Assembly (NCBI GenBank): GCA_003141245.1
Contig: PLLE01000043.1
Coordinates: forward strand, 36,542 to 100,541
Length of the DNA stretch: 64,000 bases
DNA from: Chloroflexota bacterium
GTDB taxonomy: Bacteria; Chloroflexota; Limnocylindria; Limnocylindrales; CSP1-4
Direction: 5' to 3'
Shown: positions 47,586 through 57,561 of the stretch, in pieces
How the letters are laid out: each line of letters starts with the position of its first letter
Position numbering within the stretch: position 1 is the first letter of the stretch
Translations under genes and position numbers: made by a program
Notes under the pieces: generated by a model
What the model was told of the DNA's origin: nothing
Database searches by the model: none
The model's input: only the letters and a program-made list of their open reading frames with translations

Positions 47586-48452
47586 ATGGAGAACGAACCC
47601 TTGTCCGAAGAAAGGACATCGATGGCGAGCGCGCCCGGGCCCGATGAGGCCGGCGCCGGCGCACCCGGAGAACCCGAGAAGGCGGTCGCGCCGGATGACC
47701 CAGGCGAGGCCCGCACCGAGATCGAAGCGGCAACCGACTCCGCCGTCGAGCACTCCTCCGGCGGTTTCGTGGGTCACCTCCAGGCCGTCGCGGACGCCGT
47801 TGCCCCTGTCGCCGGGGTCCTGGGAACGGTCCTCGATGCCGCCAACAGCGTTTGGTCCGGGAGGAACGCCGCAATAGAGCGGCGCCTGCACCGCCAGGCC
47901 AGGGAGCCGCTGGCCAACCTGTACGAGCTGTGCCCCGAGGCCCGGTTCGCTTCCCCTCGAGAGTTGGGGCTGCGCTTCGTGCCGGTGGAGGAGATCCGCG
48001 GCACGGCAGTGGCCGGGGCCGCCCAGCGAGGCGGCGACTTCCTGCCACTCAAGCCGTTTCGGGGGGAAAACTGGGAAGCGCGCTGGCAGCGCATCCGGGC
48101 GGCCAACGAGCGCATGCAACCGTTGCCTCCGGTCGATCTCGTGAAGTTCGACGGCGATTACTGGGTCGTCGACGGTCATAACCGGGTGGCCGCGGTTCTG
48201 TACGCCGGCGGCACCGGCCTCGACGCCATGGTTACGGAGCTGGTTCCTCTCGACGGCCAGATGAGCGAGCGGCCATCGCAACTGCTGGCCTTCCTGGGAG
48301 AAGCCGGTGCGCTTCGGGCGGCGGTCCAGGGCCACCGACCGGCGATCGGGATGCGCTACTCGGAGCAACACACGGCCACCGCCCTGGAAGGGCCGTCGAC
48401 CGACGAGTCACCCGCCGCTGACGAAGCGGCCGACCCGCCGGCTGCGCACTGA
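47586..48452 (+). CDS. ParB/Srx N-terminal-domain protein (DUF4032-like)
   Basis: VPVEEIRGT, DFLP, RWQRI, LPPVDL, YWVVDGHNRV. ATG lies 6 nt after TGgTACGCT. Confidence 0.8.
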   Translation: MENEPLSEERTSMASAPGPDEAGAGAPGEPEKAVAPDDPGEARTEIEAATDSAVEHSSGGFVGHLQAVADAVAPVAGVLGTVLDAANSVWSGRNAAIERRLHRQAREPLANLYELCPEARFASPRELGLRFVPVEEIRGTAVAGAAQRGGDFLPLKPFRGENWEARWQRIRAANERMQPLPPVDLVKFDGDYWVVDGHNRVAAVLYAGGTGLDAMVTELVPLDGQMSERPSQLLAFLGEAGALRAAVQGHRPAIGMRYSEQHTATALEGPSTDESPAADEAADPPAAH

Positions 48453-48453
48453 C

Positions 48454-49200
48454 GTGACCCGTCACATTGCGATCGTCTGGCCTGATCCGGCACCATTCCG
48501 GGGCCGTGGCGGTGCACCTATCCGGCTGCTGGCCGTCTCCGACCAGCTCGACCCGACGCTCGTCGACCGGCGCAACCGCGAGGCGATCGGCCCGATCGAT
48601 TTGATAGTCGGCTGCGGCGACCTCGACTGCGACGATCTGTCGTTCATTGCCGACGGCTTCGACGCTCCCCTGGTTTACGTACACGGCAATCACGACTCTG
48701 ACGCGCGATGGGCGGCGTGCAAGTCGTATTGCCCGGAGGCGATCGATTCCACGGCGGTGCGCCACGAAGTCGGCCTCTCCATCGTGGGCCTGACCTGGCC
48801 GGGGCCGCGGGGGCCGGGAGCCGCCCGCAGCGAACGCAAGGCATGGAGTCAGGCGCTGCTACTGGCGACGCGTCGGCTGGGTCGACACGGGCCGGTGCTG
48901 GTCATCAGCCACGTGCCACCTCTCGGAGCCGGCGACATTCCCAGCAACGGCTATCACCGCGGCTTTGGCGCCTATCTCTGGCTGCTACGCAGACTGGAGC
49001 CGCCGCTATGGCTCCACGGTCACACGCCGCCGGCGGCCACGTCAGACTGGCATATCAAGCGCGGCCCGACGACCCTGGTGAATGCCACCGGGGCCGTCGT
49101 CATCGAGCTGTCTCCGCCGGGCACGGGAGCAGCGCCGGAGGGCAGCGACGTCACCTCGTCCTCAAGTCAGCATAAGCCTGGGCGAGCACCTCGGCTCTAG
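48454..49200 (+). CDS. Calcineurin-like metallophosphoesterase
   Basis: LAVSD, GCGDL, VHGNHD, SHVPP, LHGHT, VNA. Confidence 0.87.
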   Translation: MTRHIAIVWPDPAPFRGRGGAPIRLLAVSDQLDPTLVDRRNREAIGPIDLIVGCGDLDCDDLSFIADGFDAPLVYVHGNHDSDARWAACKSYCPEAIDSTAVRHEVGLSIVGLTWPGPRGPGAARSERKAWSQALLLATRRLGRHGPVLVISHVPPLGAGDIPSNGYHRGFGAYLWLLRRLEPPLWLHGHTPPAATSDWHIKRGPTTLVNATGAVVIELSPPGTGAAPEGSDVTSSSSQHKPGRAPRL

Positions 49201-51902
49201 AGCGAGCGCGGGTCCGGCGCCTCCGGGTCGATGCCCAGCTCGCGCATGACGGCCGCAGCCTCCTTGCCGTCGATCTGCCCGGCGCGCGCCAGGCCAACCA
49301 TGGCCGCGGCGGCGATGTGTGGCGGGTCGATCTCGAACAGCTGGCGCAGCGCCTCGCGCGCGTCCGACCGCCCGAAACCATCGGTGCCGAGAATCAGCCG
49401 GTTGGCCGGCAGCCAGGGCGCAATTAGCTCCGGGTAGGAGCGGATCCAGTCGGTGGCGACCACAACCGGGCCACCGCCGGGCGGTAGGATCTGGGCCACG
49501 TACGGGACCCGCGGAGCGGCCTCGGGATGCAGCCGGTTCCATCGATCGGCCGACAGGCCGTCGGCGCGGAGCTGCTGGAACGACGTGGCGCTGTAGACCT
49601 CGGCGGCCACGCCGCGCTCGGCGAGGAGCTGCCGCGCGGCGACGACCTGCTGCAGGATCGAACCGCTGCCGACCAGCCGCACCAGCGCGTTGGCCGAGGC
49701 GCCGGTTCGGGCCGACTTGCCCAGCTCGGGCGCTCCGTGGAGCCGGTACATGCCCCTGGAGATCTGCTCGTCGGTCACGTCGGCTGCCCGCTTTGGCATC
49801 GGGTAGTTCTCGTTGTAGAGCGTGATGTAGTAGAAGACGTCCTCGCCCCGGACGTACATGCGGTCGATCCCCTCCCGGACGATCGCCGCCATCTCGTACG
49901 CATAGGCCGGGTCGTAGGCGCGAATGTTGGGAATGACCGAGGCCAACACGTGCGAGTGGCCGTCGTCGTGCTGGAGCCCCTCGCCCATGAGCGTCGTGCG
50001 ACCGGCCGTGGCGCCCATTACGAAGCCGCGTCCGCGCTCGTCGGCCAGGGCCCAGAACTGGTCGCCGGTCCGCTGGAAGCCGAACATCGAGTAGAAGATG
50101 TAGAACGGGACGAGGCTCACGCCGTGCGTGGCGTAGGCCGTGGCGGCGGCTTGCAGCGAAGCGACGGCGCCCGCCTCTGTGATCCCCTCCTCCAGAACCT
50201 GCCCGTCGACCGCCTCGCGGTAGCTCAACACCAGGTCCGAGTCCACGGGCTCGTAGCGCTGGCCCAGGGCGGAATAGATCCCGACTTCCTTGAAGAGCGG
50301 GTCGAGGCCGAAGGTGCGGGCCTCGTCAGGGACGATCGGCACGATTCGCGGCCCGACTTGCGGGTCGCGAATCAGGTTCCGCAGCAGCCGCCCGAAGGCC
50401 ATCGTGGTGCTGACCGCCATCTCCGACCCGGCGTCGAACTCACGGTCCACCTCCGGACGCGGCGCCGGCAACGGCTTGGCCCGTACCACGCGCCGAGGGA
50501 CGGAACCGCCCAGGGCCCGGCGCCGCTCGATCATGTAGCGGATCTCATCCGAGTCGGGGCCGGGGTGGTAGTAGGGCGCTTCCTTGAGCTTCGAATCGGG
50601 GATCGGGAGCTGAAGCCGATCGCGGAAGATGCGCAGCTCGGCCTCAGAGAGCTTCTTGGCCTGGTGCGTGATGTTGCGCGCTTCCACGCCGGGGCCCAGG
50701 GCCCAGCCCTTGATCGTCTTGGCCAGGATCACCGTCGGGGCGCCACGGTGCTCGGTCGCCGCACGATACGCGGCGTAGAGCTTGCGATAGTCGTGGCCGC
50801 CGCGCCGCAGTCGAGCCAGCTCATCGTCGGTGAGGTGCTCGACCAGGCGCCGGAGGCGCGGATCCGGCCCGAAGAAGTGCTCCCTAACATAGGCCCCGCC
50901 AGCAACCGAGAACTTCTGGAAGTCGCCGTCGAGCAGCTCGTTCATCTTGTTGACCAGGGCTCCGTCGACGTCACGGGCCAGCAGGTCGTCCCACTCACGA
51001 CCCCAGATGACCTTAATCACGTTCCAGCCGGCGCCGCGGAAGAGCCCCTCGAGTTCCTGGATGATCTTGCCGTTGCCGCGGACCGGCCCGTCCAGACGCT
51101 GCAGGTTGCAGTTGACGACGAAGGTCAGGTTGTCGAGGCCCTCGCGGGCTGCCAGCGAGAGACCGGCCAGCGCCTCGGGTTCGTCCATTTCGCCGTCGCC
51201 CAGGAATGCCCAGACGCGACTGCCGGAGGTATCCGCCAGACCGCGGTTGGCCAGATAGCGGTTGAGGCGAGCCTGATACACGGCGGCCATCGGACCCAGG
51301 CCCATCGAGACCGTCGGGAACTCCCAGAAGTTGGGAAGCGTGCGAGGATGCGGGTAGCTGGGCAGTCCGACTCCCCCGGAGAGCGCTTCCTGGCGGAAGT
51401 GGTCCAGGTTCTCCTCCGTGAGGCGGCCCTCCAGGAAGGCCCGGGCGTAGATGCCTGGCGCGGCATGGCCCTGGAAGAAGATCTGGTCGCCCGAACTGCC
51501 GTCGTCCTTGCCGCGGAAGAAGTGGTTGAAGCCGACCTCGTACAGGCTGGCGGCGCTGGCGTAGGTGGCGAGGTGGCCGCCGATGCCGGGCGCTCGATTG
51601 TTCGCTCGCAGAACCATGGCCACGGCGTTCCAGCGGATCAGCCGGCGGATACGGCGCTCTATCTCCTCGTCGCCCGGGAAGAAGGGCTCCTGCTCGGGGC
51701 TGATGGTGTTGATGTAGCGGGTCTGAGTCAGCGGCGGCAGGCCGATGTGCAGCTGTCGGGAGCGCTTGAGCAGCTTGTACAGGACGAACCTGGCGCGCTC
51801 GTCGCCTTCCTGGGCGTGGATCTGGTCGAGCGAATCCAGCCAGTCCTGCGTCTCGGCAGGGTCGGTGTCGGGCAGCTGATGCTTGAACTGGTCGAAGTAC
51901 AT
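49197..51902 (-). CDS. aceE: Pyruvate dehydrogenase E1, homodimeric
   Basis: DTDPAETQDW, GGHLATYAS, FPTVSMGLGP, GDGEMDEPE, NCNLQRLDGPV, GEGLQH, GTDGFGRSD. Confidence 0.96.
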   Translation of the reverse strand: MYFDQFKHQLPDTDPAETQDWLDSLDQIHAQEGDERARFVLYKLLKRSRQLHIGLPPLTQTRYINTISPEQEPFFPGDEEIERRIRRLIRWNAVAMVLRANNRAPGIGGHLATYASAASLYEVGFNHFFRGKDDGSSGDQIFFQGHAAPGIYARAFLEGRLTEENLDHFRQEALSGGVGLPSYPHPRTLPNFWEFPTVSMGLGPMAAVYQARLNRYLANRGLADTSGSRVWAFLGDGEMDEPEALAGLSLAAREGLDNLTFVVNCNLQRLDGPVRGNGKIIQELEGLFRGAGWNVIKVIWGREWDDLLARDVDGALVNKMNELLDGDFQKFSVAGGAYVREHFFGPDPRLRRLVEHLTDDELARLRRGGHDYRKLYAAYRAATEHRGAPTVILAKTIKGWALGPGVEARNITHQAKKLSEAELRIFRDRLQLPIPDSKLKEAPYYHPGPDSDEIRYMIERRRALGGSVPRRVVRAKPLPAPRPEVDREFDAGSEMAVSTTMAFGRLLRNLIRDPQVGPRIVPIVPDEARTFGLDPLFKEVGIYSALGQRYEPVDSDLVLSYREAVDGQVLEEGITEAGAVASLQAAATAYATHGVSLVPFYIFYSMFGFQRTGDQFWALADERGRGFVMGATAGRTTLMGEGLQHDDGHSHVLASVIPNIRAYDPAYAYEMAAIVREGIDRMYVRGEDVFYYITLYNENYPMPKRAADVTDEQISRGMYRLHGAPELGKSARTGASANALVRLVGSGSILQQVVAARQLLAERGVAAEVYSATSFQQLRADGLSADRWNRLHPEAAPRVPYVAQILPPGGGPVVVATDWIRSYPELIAPWLPANRLILGTDGFGRSDAREALRQLFEIDPPHIAAAAMVGLARAGQIDGKEAAAVMRELGIDPEAPDPRSL

Positions 51903-52194
51903 CGTCGGCGTTGTCTCCAGGCCGCCGTGAGACGACGGGTCTCGGCCCGCGGAAGCTCCAGTGGCAGAGTAAGCCCATCGCCGTTCGGCCGTGGTTCGGG
52001 TAGGCTCGCGGACCGGCCGTGAAGACGCCGGCGGCGAAGCAACGACCGTCCGATATCCGGTTGGAGCAGGCCGGTAAGCCGAATCGGTCGCTTGCGCCTT
52101 CGTCACGCATCGCGTACAAAGCCGGGGAACGCACGGTACGGCCGCGCAGGCGGGAGCTTCGACTCCGGTCGAGCGGCAGGAGGAATGCCAGGAG

Positions 52195-52854
52195 ATGTCG
52201 GGCAGCTTGAGAGTCCCACGGAGCGGCCCGTGGTCGGCAGTGGATCCGGGCTCGCGCTACGGCCCACAGGTCGGATTGGTGATCGTGGACGTCCAGAACG
52301 ACTTCGCCGATCCCGCCGGCAGCCTACACGTCCGGGGCGGCTCGGAGATCGTGCCGCTGGTGAATGCCGAGATCGAACGAGCGCTGCAGGCCGGCGCGGC
52401 GGTGGTGTACACGCAGGACTGGCACCCGGCCCACACTCCCCACTTCGCCGGCGACGGCGGCATCTGGCCCGCCCACTGCGTGCAGGGAACCTGGGGAGCG
52501 GCGCTTCATCCGCGGCTGTCGGTCCGCGGGCCGATCGTCCGCAAGGGCGCGCACGGCGAGGACGGCTACTCGGGCTTCTCGATGCGTGACCAGGCCGGCG
52601 GCCATCCGATCCCCACCGGGCTCGACACGACGCTGGCCCGCGGCGGCGCCACACGGATTGTCGTGTGCGGCCTGGCCACGGACTACTGCGTCAAGGCCAC
52701 CGCCCTCGACGGCGTCCGTCTGGGCTATGAGACCGCCGTCCTGCTCGATGCGGTGCGGGCGGTCGAACTGCGGCCCGGCGACGGCAATCGGGCGCTGGAC
52801 GAGCTCGTCGCGGCAGGCGTAGTCCTGGTCGGCGATCGAACCAGGGCGGGCTGA
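52195..52854 (+). CDS. pncA: Nicotinamidase/pyrazinamidase
   Basis: VDVQNDF, QDWHP..H, WPAHCVQGT, YSGF, GLATDYCV. Confidence 0.92.
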   Translation: MSGSLRVPRSGPWSAVDPGSRYGPQVGLVIVDVQNDFADPAGSLHVRGGSEIVPLVNAEIERALQAGAAVVYTQDWHPAHTPHFAGDGGIWPAHCVQGTWGAALHPRLSVRGPIVRKGAHGEDGYSGFSMRDQAGGHPIPTGLDTTLARGGATRIVVCGLATDYCVKATALDGVRLGYETAVLLDAVRAVELRPGDGNRALDELVAAGVVLVGDRTRAG

Positions 52855-52863
52855 CGCGTCCCG

Positions 52864-53745
52864 GTGGAGCTTCACCTCGTCGACGCCACCTACGAGCTGT
52901 TCCGGGCCCACTATAGCCCGCGCCCGCCGGTCAGAGCGCCCGACGGACGGGAAGTCGGTGCGGTCACAGGGCTGATGTACACGCTCCTGACGCTGCTGCG
53001 CGACGAAGGCGCGACCCATGTCGGCTGCGCCACGGACCAGGTGATCCGATCCTTCCGCAACCGGCTCTACGCCGGATACAAGACGGAGGCCGGCGTCCCG
53101 GCCGAGCTCCTTGCGCAGTTCCCGTTGGCCGAGCGGGCAATGGAGACGCTCGGGGTTGTCGTCTGGCCGATGGTCGAATTCGAGGCCGACGATGCGCTGG
53201 CCACCGCGGCGGCGCGCTGGGCGGATCGACCCGAAGTGGAGCGTATCTGGATTTGCACGCCCGACAAGGACCTGGCCCAGTGCGTTCGGGGCGAGCGCGT
53301 GGTCACGCGCGACCGGCGTCGCGACCGCACCGTCGACGAGGCCGGCGTGGTGGCTCGCTGGGGAGTGGGGCCGGCCTCGATACCCGACTACCTGGCCCTG
53401 GTCGGGGACTCGGCCGACGGCTTCCCGGGACTGCCCGGCTGGGGCGCGCGGTCCGCGGCCGCCGTCCTGGGCCGCTTCGAACACCTCGAGGCCATCCCCG
53501 CGAACGTCGGCGAGTGGCACGTGGACGTGCGTTCGCCGGCCCCTCTCAACGCCACTCTGCGGGCGCGCTGGTCGGACGCCCTGCTGTTCCGACGCCTGGC
53601 CACTCTGGCCACGGACGCTCCGCTGCCCCAGCGAGATCCGGAAGAGTTGCTCTGGCAAGGCGCCCGACGGGCCGAGTTCACGGCTCTGTGCGATGAGCTG
53701 GGGCAGCCACGACTGGCCGAACGCCCCCACCTCTGGCAGGACTGA
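52864..53745 (+). CDS. Stand-alone 5'-3' exonuclease / flap endonuclease
   Basis: LVDATYELFR, SFRN..YAGYK, EADD, DKDL, LVGDSADGFPGLPGWG. Confidence 0.92.
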   Translation: MELHLVDATYELFRAHYSPRPPVRAPDGREVGAVTGLMYTLLTLLRDEGATHVGCATDQVIRSFRNRLYAGYKTEAGVPAELLAQFPLAERAMETLGVVVWPMVEFEADDALATAAARWADRPEVERIWICTPDKDLAQCVRGERVVTRDRRRDRTVDEAGVVARWGVGPASIPDYLALVGDSADGFPGLPGWGARSAAAVLGRFEHLEAIPANVGEWHVDVRSPAPLNATLRARWSDALLFRRLATLATDAPLPQRDPEELLWQGARRAEFTALCDELGQPRLAERPHLWQD

Positions 53746-53760
53746 GTCGCGCGATCCTCG

Positions 53761-53798
53761 CCTGCTCGCAAGTCCTGCTCGCAAGTCCTGCTCGCAAG
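53761..53798. repeat. 13-bp tandem repeat, 3 copies
   Basis: cctgctcgcaagt at 53761, 53774 and 53787 (last copy 12/13). Confidence 0.85.
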
Positions 53799-53907
53799 GC
53801 ACCTGCCGAGACGGGCGGAAGACTTGCGGCGGTCCCGTCCCGCCGTTAGGCTCGGGCCAGAACAGCCATTCCACACGGAGCGTGGCCCAGCCCTGGAGGG
53901 TACCGGC

Positions 53908-54858
53908 ATGATGATCGGGACGTTCACCTTTGACGGGGAGGCGAGGTTCCCCGACAACGGGGAGGCCGGCATCCGCGCATTCGAGGAACTCATCGGGCGG
54001 AAACTGGCCCAGGTGCTGTGGTTCATCACCTGGGATGACGGCTTCCCGGCGAAAGCCTGCCAGACGGTGATCGATCACGGGTCGATCCCCCAGGTCACCT
54101 GGGAGATCTTCTGGCCCTCCATCAATCCCAACAACGCCGACACGAGATCCACTGCCCTCGACGACGTGCTCGCCCACAAACACGACGCATACATCGACGC
54201 CTTCGCCCGCGATGCAGCGGCCTACGGCAAGCCGGTCCTGATCCGCTTCCTTCACGAGTTCAACGGCAACTGGTACATCTGGGGCGGCGTCAAGAACGGT
54301 GGAGCGGCCGGCGGTCCCCAGAAGGTGAAGGCCGTCTGGAAATACGTGGTGGACCGGTGCCGAGCCGCCGGCGCCGCCAACGTGCTCTGGCTGTGGTGCC
54401 CTCATGGTCCCACCGTGGACGTGCCGACAGACGCCTGGAACGACCTTGAGAACTACTACCCCGGCGATGACTATGTCGACTGGTTCGGCATGGACGGATA
54501 CAACTGGTATCCGAAGGATCCCAGGGGCGGCGTTCGTCCGTTTCAGGATTTCGATACGGCCTTCAAGCCTCTCTACGACAAGCTCGTGGCCCTGGCCGAC
54601 AAGCCGATCGCCATCCCCGAGATGGCTTCAGGCGAGTTCACCTACGGGCAGATCACCAAGGCGGACTGGATCATCGACATCTTCTCGCGAATGAAGGACT
54701 GCCCGGCCCTCAAGATGTTCAGCTGGTTCAACATCAACAAGGAGCTGGACTGGCGCGTCAACTCGACTCCCGCGGTCCTGGCGGCCTTTCGGAAGATGAT
54801 GTCGGACCCGTACTTCGAGTCCGAGTACGAGGATCCTCGCCCGGCCGTTGCGCGCTAG
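53908..54858 (+). CDS. Glycoside hydrolase family 26 (beta-mannanase-like), no signal peptide
   Basis: IPQVTWE, RFLHEFNGNWY.WG, YYPGDDYVDW.GMDGYN, KPIAIPE; SD GGAGG. Confidence 0.88.
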   Translation: MMIGTFTFDGEARFPDNGEAGIRAFEELIGRKLAQVLWFITWDDGFPAKACQTVIDHGSIPQVTWEIFWPSINPNNADTRSTALDDVLAHKHDAYIDAFARDAAAYGKPVLIRFLHEFNGNWYIWGGVKNGGAAGGPQKVKAVWKYVVDRCRAAGAANVLWLWCPHGPTVDVPTDAWNDLENYYPGDDYVDWFGMDGYNWYPKDPRGGVRPFQDFDTAFKPLYDKLVALADKPIAIPEMASGEFTYGQITKADWIIDIFSRMKDCPALKMFSWFNINKELDWRVNSTPAVLAAFRKMMSDPYFESEYEDPRPAVAR

Positions 54859-54900
54859 TCGCCTGCGCCCACAGGCGACGGCCAGCTCCCGGCGCTTCGC

Positions 54901-55755
54901 CTACTTGAGCATCGCCAGCATGACGGCGTGGTGGCGCGGCGAGGCAGCCAGGCACGACCACTTCTTAGCAGGGTAGGCCAGGTCGAACCATGGCCTGCCC
55001 TCCAGGTCGGTGACGGTGGCGCCGGCCCCTTCGGCGATGAGCCCGGCCGCGGCCACGTCCCAGGCGGAGAGCCCGGCGCCCTGGGCGTAGACGTCGAACC
55101 GGCCGCAGCCCACGTAGGCCAGAGTCAGCGCGGCGGAGCCCATCGAGCGGTGGGCGCGGATGGCCTTGAGCGCCTCGCGGCGCTTATGGACGGTGCCGCG
55201 ACCGCCGACGGCGAGTGTGGCGACCAGGTCCCCGAGAAACTCCTTGTCGGCAACGTGGATCGGCTCCCCATTGCGAAGAGACGGCCCGTCGATCGCCCCG
55301 GCGAACGTCTCGTCGCGAGTCGGGTCGTAGACCACGCCCACGACCGGACGACCCTCGGCCGCCAGCGCGATCGAGATGCAGAAGAACGGAATGCCGTTGG
55401 CGTAGTTGATCGTGCCGTCGAGCGGATCGACGATCCAGACCCGGCCCGACTTCGTGACGCTCTTTGCGGCCACCTCGCCGATCTCCTCGGCGTAGAACGA
55501 ATCGCTCGGGTAGCGCTCCTGGACGGCCCGCATGACCAGGCCCTCGCACAGGTGGTCCACCTCCGTCACGACGTCGCGCGGCCCTTTGGCCCGGATCTGT
55601 TCGAGCCGCTCGTAGCGCTCCATCTGGATTCGACCGGCCTGGTGGGCCAGATCGATGGCCAGCTCGATCTCAGGGCCGTAGGCAGCCGACCGGCCAAGCC
55701 GGCTCAGCCGGGCCCTCGACTCGGCGGTCGATTCGGCGGTCGATTCGAAGGCCAT
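54901..55755 (-). CDS. Inositol monophosphatase family protein
   Basis: DVVTEVD, AEE, WIVDPLDGTINY, GSAAL, WDVAAAGLI; TGATG coupling to the PNP gene. Confidence 0.92.
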   Translation of the reverse strand: MAFESTAESTAESRARLSRLGRSAAYGPEIELAIDLAHQAGRIQMERYERLEQIRAKGPRDVVTEVDHLCEGLVMRAVQERYPSDSFYAEEIGEVAAKSVTKSGRVWIVDPLDGTINYANGIPFFCISIALAAEGRPVVGVVYDPTRDETFAGAIDGPSLRNGEPIHVADKEFLGDLVATLAVGGRGTVHKRREALKAIRAHRSMGSAALTLAYVGCGRFDVYAQGAGLSAWDVAAAGLIAEGAGATVTDLEGRPWFDLAYPAKKWSCLAASPRHHAVMLAMLK

Positions 55756-56501
55756 CAGACCGCGATCCCGGCTTCGAGGGCGATCTCGATCGTCGGCTCG
55801 ATCGATCGGTTCAGCTGATCGAGCGGAAGGTACGACTCCTCGGAGGTGGCTTCCTCGGAGAGCACGTCGCTGACCGTCAGGATCGCCGCCGCGGCGACCT
55901 CCCCGCCGGCCGCCTTCGCTCGCGACGCCAGGTAGTACAGGACCGAGGTCTCCATTTCGAAGGCCAGGACGCCGCGGCTGCGCCATTTGGAGAAGTCGTC
56001 CGAGTCGGGGTTGTAGAAGACGTCGACCGTGGCGACCTGGCCGACGTGTGGCTTCTGGCCGTGGCGCTCCGCCGCTTCAATGAGCGACCGGACCAGGCCG
56101 AAATCGGCCGTCGGCGCGTAGGGCTCGCCGTGGAGGTAGGTGCGGGTGGCGCCGTCGACAGGCGCGGCCGACAAAGCAATCACGATCTCGCCGGTCTTGA
56201 TCCCGGGCCCGATGCCGCCGCAGGTGCCGACACGCACGAAGCGTCTCGCGCCCAGGCGGAGCAGCTCCTCGAGGACGATCGACATGCTCGGCGCGCCCAT
56301 GCCGCTGGTCTGGACGCTCACCGGAACGCCGTGGTAGGTCCCCGTGTAGCCGAGCAACCCGCGGTGGGAGTTGACCAGTCGGGCGGCGCCGGGGCCGCCG
56401 TCGAACTTCTCGGCGATCCAGGTGGCGCGGTTCGGGTCGCCAGGGAGCAGCACTAGTGGAGCGTAGTCGTCCGGTTGGGCCCGGAGGTGGATCTGAGGCA
56501 T
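55755..56501 (-). CDS. deoD: Purine nucleoside phosphorylase (DeoD-type)
   Basis: LLPGDPNRA, HRGLLGYTG, GMGAPS, RVGTCG, DVFY, FEME. Confidence 0.88.
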   Translation of the reverse strand: MPQIHLRAQPDDYAPLVLLPGDPNRATWIAEKFDGGPGAARLVNSHRGLLGYTGTYHGVPVSVQTSGMGAPSMSIVLEELLRLGARRFVRVGTCGGIGPGIKTGEIVIALSAAPVDGATRTYLHGEPYAPTADFGLVRSLIEAAERHGQKPHVGQVATVDVFYNPDSDDFSKWRSRGVLAFEMETSVLYYLASRAKAAGGEVAAAAILTVSDVLSEEATSEESYLPLDQLNRSIEPTIEIALEAGIAV

Positions 56502-56615
56502 CTTCCGCTCCAGCTCGGCAGGTGAATTGGGATGATCGGTGGCAAGCCGCGAGGCGCGGCGTAGCGCTCAGGTAATTTCCTGCAGGCTCGCGAGACGACG
56601 TCGACGCCGTGCCCG

Positions 56616-56648
56616 CGCGAGGGAGGGGCGGCGCCCCTCCCCTTCGCG
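56616..56648 (-). terminator. GC-rich hairpin downstream of the PhzF-family gene
   Basis: cgcgagggaggggcg/cgcccctccccttcgcg inverted repeat; no U-tract. Confidence 0.45.
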
Positions 56649-56668
56649 ATCGAGTCTACATGCGACTT

Positions 56669-57514
56669 CTAGCCTGCGAGTTCGCCGCGAATCACCGTCA
56701 CCGCCTGACCGCCCAGGATCGCCCGATCGCCTGCGACGCGAACCCGCACGACGCCGCCTCGGGTGGAGGCCTGATAGCCGACCATCTCGTCCCGACCCAG
56801 GCGGGGCGCCCAGAACGGGCCGAGCGCGCAATGCGCCGAACCGGTCACCGGATCTTCCGGAATCCCCCACGCGGGCACGAAAGTCCGCGAAACGAAGTCG
56901 GCTCCCGCGGCCACCGGCGGCAGTCCCCTCGCCGCTCCCCCGACGGCGGCCGTCACGATGATCATGTCGCCCAGGCGCGCCACCGCCGCGAAGTCCGGCT
57001 CGATTCGCCCCACCGCAGCCACACTCTCGGCCAGCAGCACCCAGTCGCGGCCCCCGCTCGCGGCCGCGCCGACCTCAATGCCCAGGGCCGCGCCGAGCAC
57101 CTCCGCCTCCGGCCAGCGGGCCGCCTCTCGCTCCACCGGCTCGAATCGATTCGCCGGGAAGTCCATCTCGATCCAACCGTCCGGAGCCTGCCACGCCCGC
57201 AGCCGGCCACTGGCCGTGGCGAACTCGATCGTCCGGCCGGCTGGCACGACCCCGCGCTCCCAGAGGACGTGCGCGGCCGCCAGCGTGGCATGCCCGCACA
57301 GCCGGACTTCGACCGTCGGCGTGAACCAGCGCAGGTCGAACGACGACTCTCCACGCTCCACCAGGAACGCGGTCTCGGCGAGATTCATCTCCGCCGCGAT
57401 CGCCTGCATCCACTTCGGATCGCCCGGCGAGGCCAGCAAACAGACCCCAGCTGGATTGCCGGCGTATTGGCGAACCGTGAAGGCGTCGACCTGGAGCAAC
57501 GGAATCGACATCAC
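56669..57514 (-). CDS. PhzF family isomerase
   Basis: QVDAFT..YAGNPAGV, EMNLAETAF, RWFTP.VEV.LCGHATLA, EDPVTGSAH. Confidence 0.93.
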   Translation of the reverse strand: MMSIPLLQVDAFTVRQYAGNPAGVCLLASPGDPKWMQAIAAEMNLAETAFLVERGESSFDLRWFTPTVEVRLCGHATLAAAHVLWERGVVPAGRTIEFATASGRLRAWQAPDGWIEMDFPANRFEPVEREAARWPEAEVLGAALGIEVGAAASGGRDWVLLAESVAAVGRIEPDFAAVARLGDMIIVTAAVGGAARGLPPVAAGADFVSRTFVPAWGIPEDPVTGSAHCALGPFWAPRLGRDEMVGYQASTRGGVVRVRVAGDRAILGGQAVTVIRGELAG

Positions 57515-57561
57515 GTCCTCTGCGGGTTGGGACCGGTTTCGGTGAGACTAGGGCGGTTCGG

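Noticed and set aside
51925-51970. GCCACTG...GAGACC in the aceE leader resembling a B12-riboswitch 3' end
   Set aside because: The 5' half and the GGGAAG element are missing, and the gene context is implausible.
53761-53798. Possible CRISPR array
   Set aside because: 13-bp units are contiguous with no spacers, and no cas genes are present.
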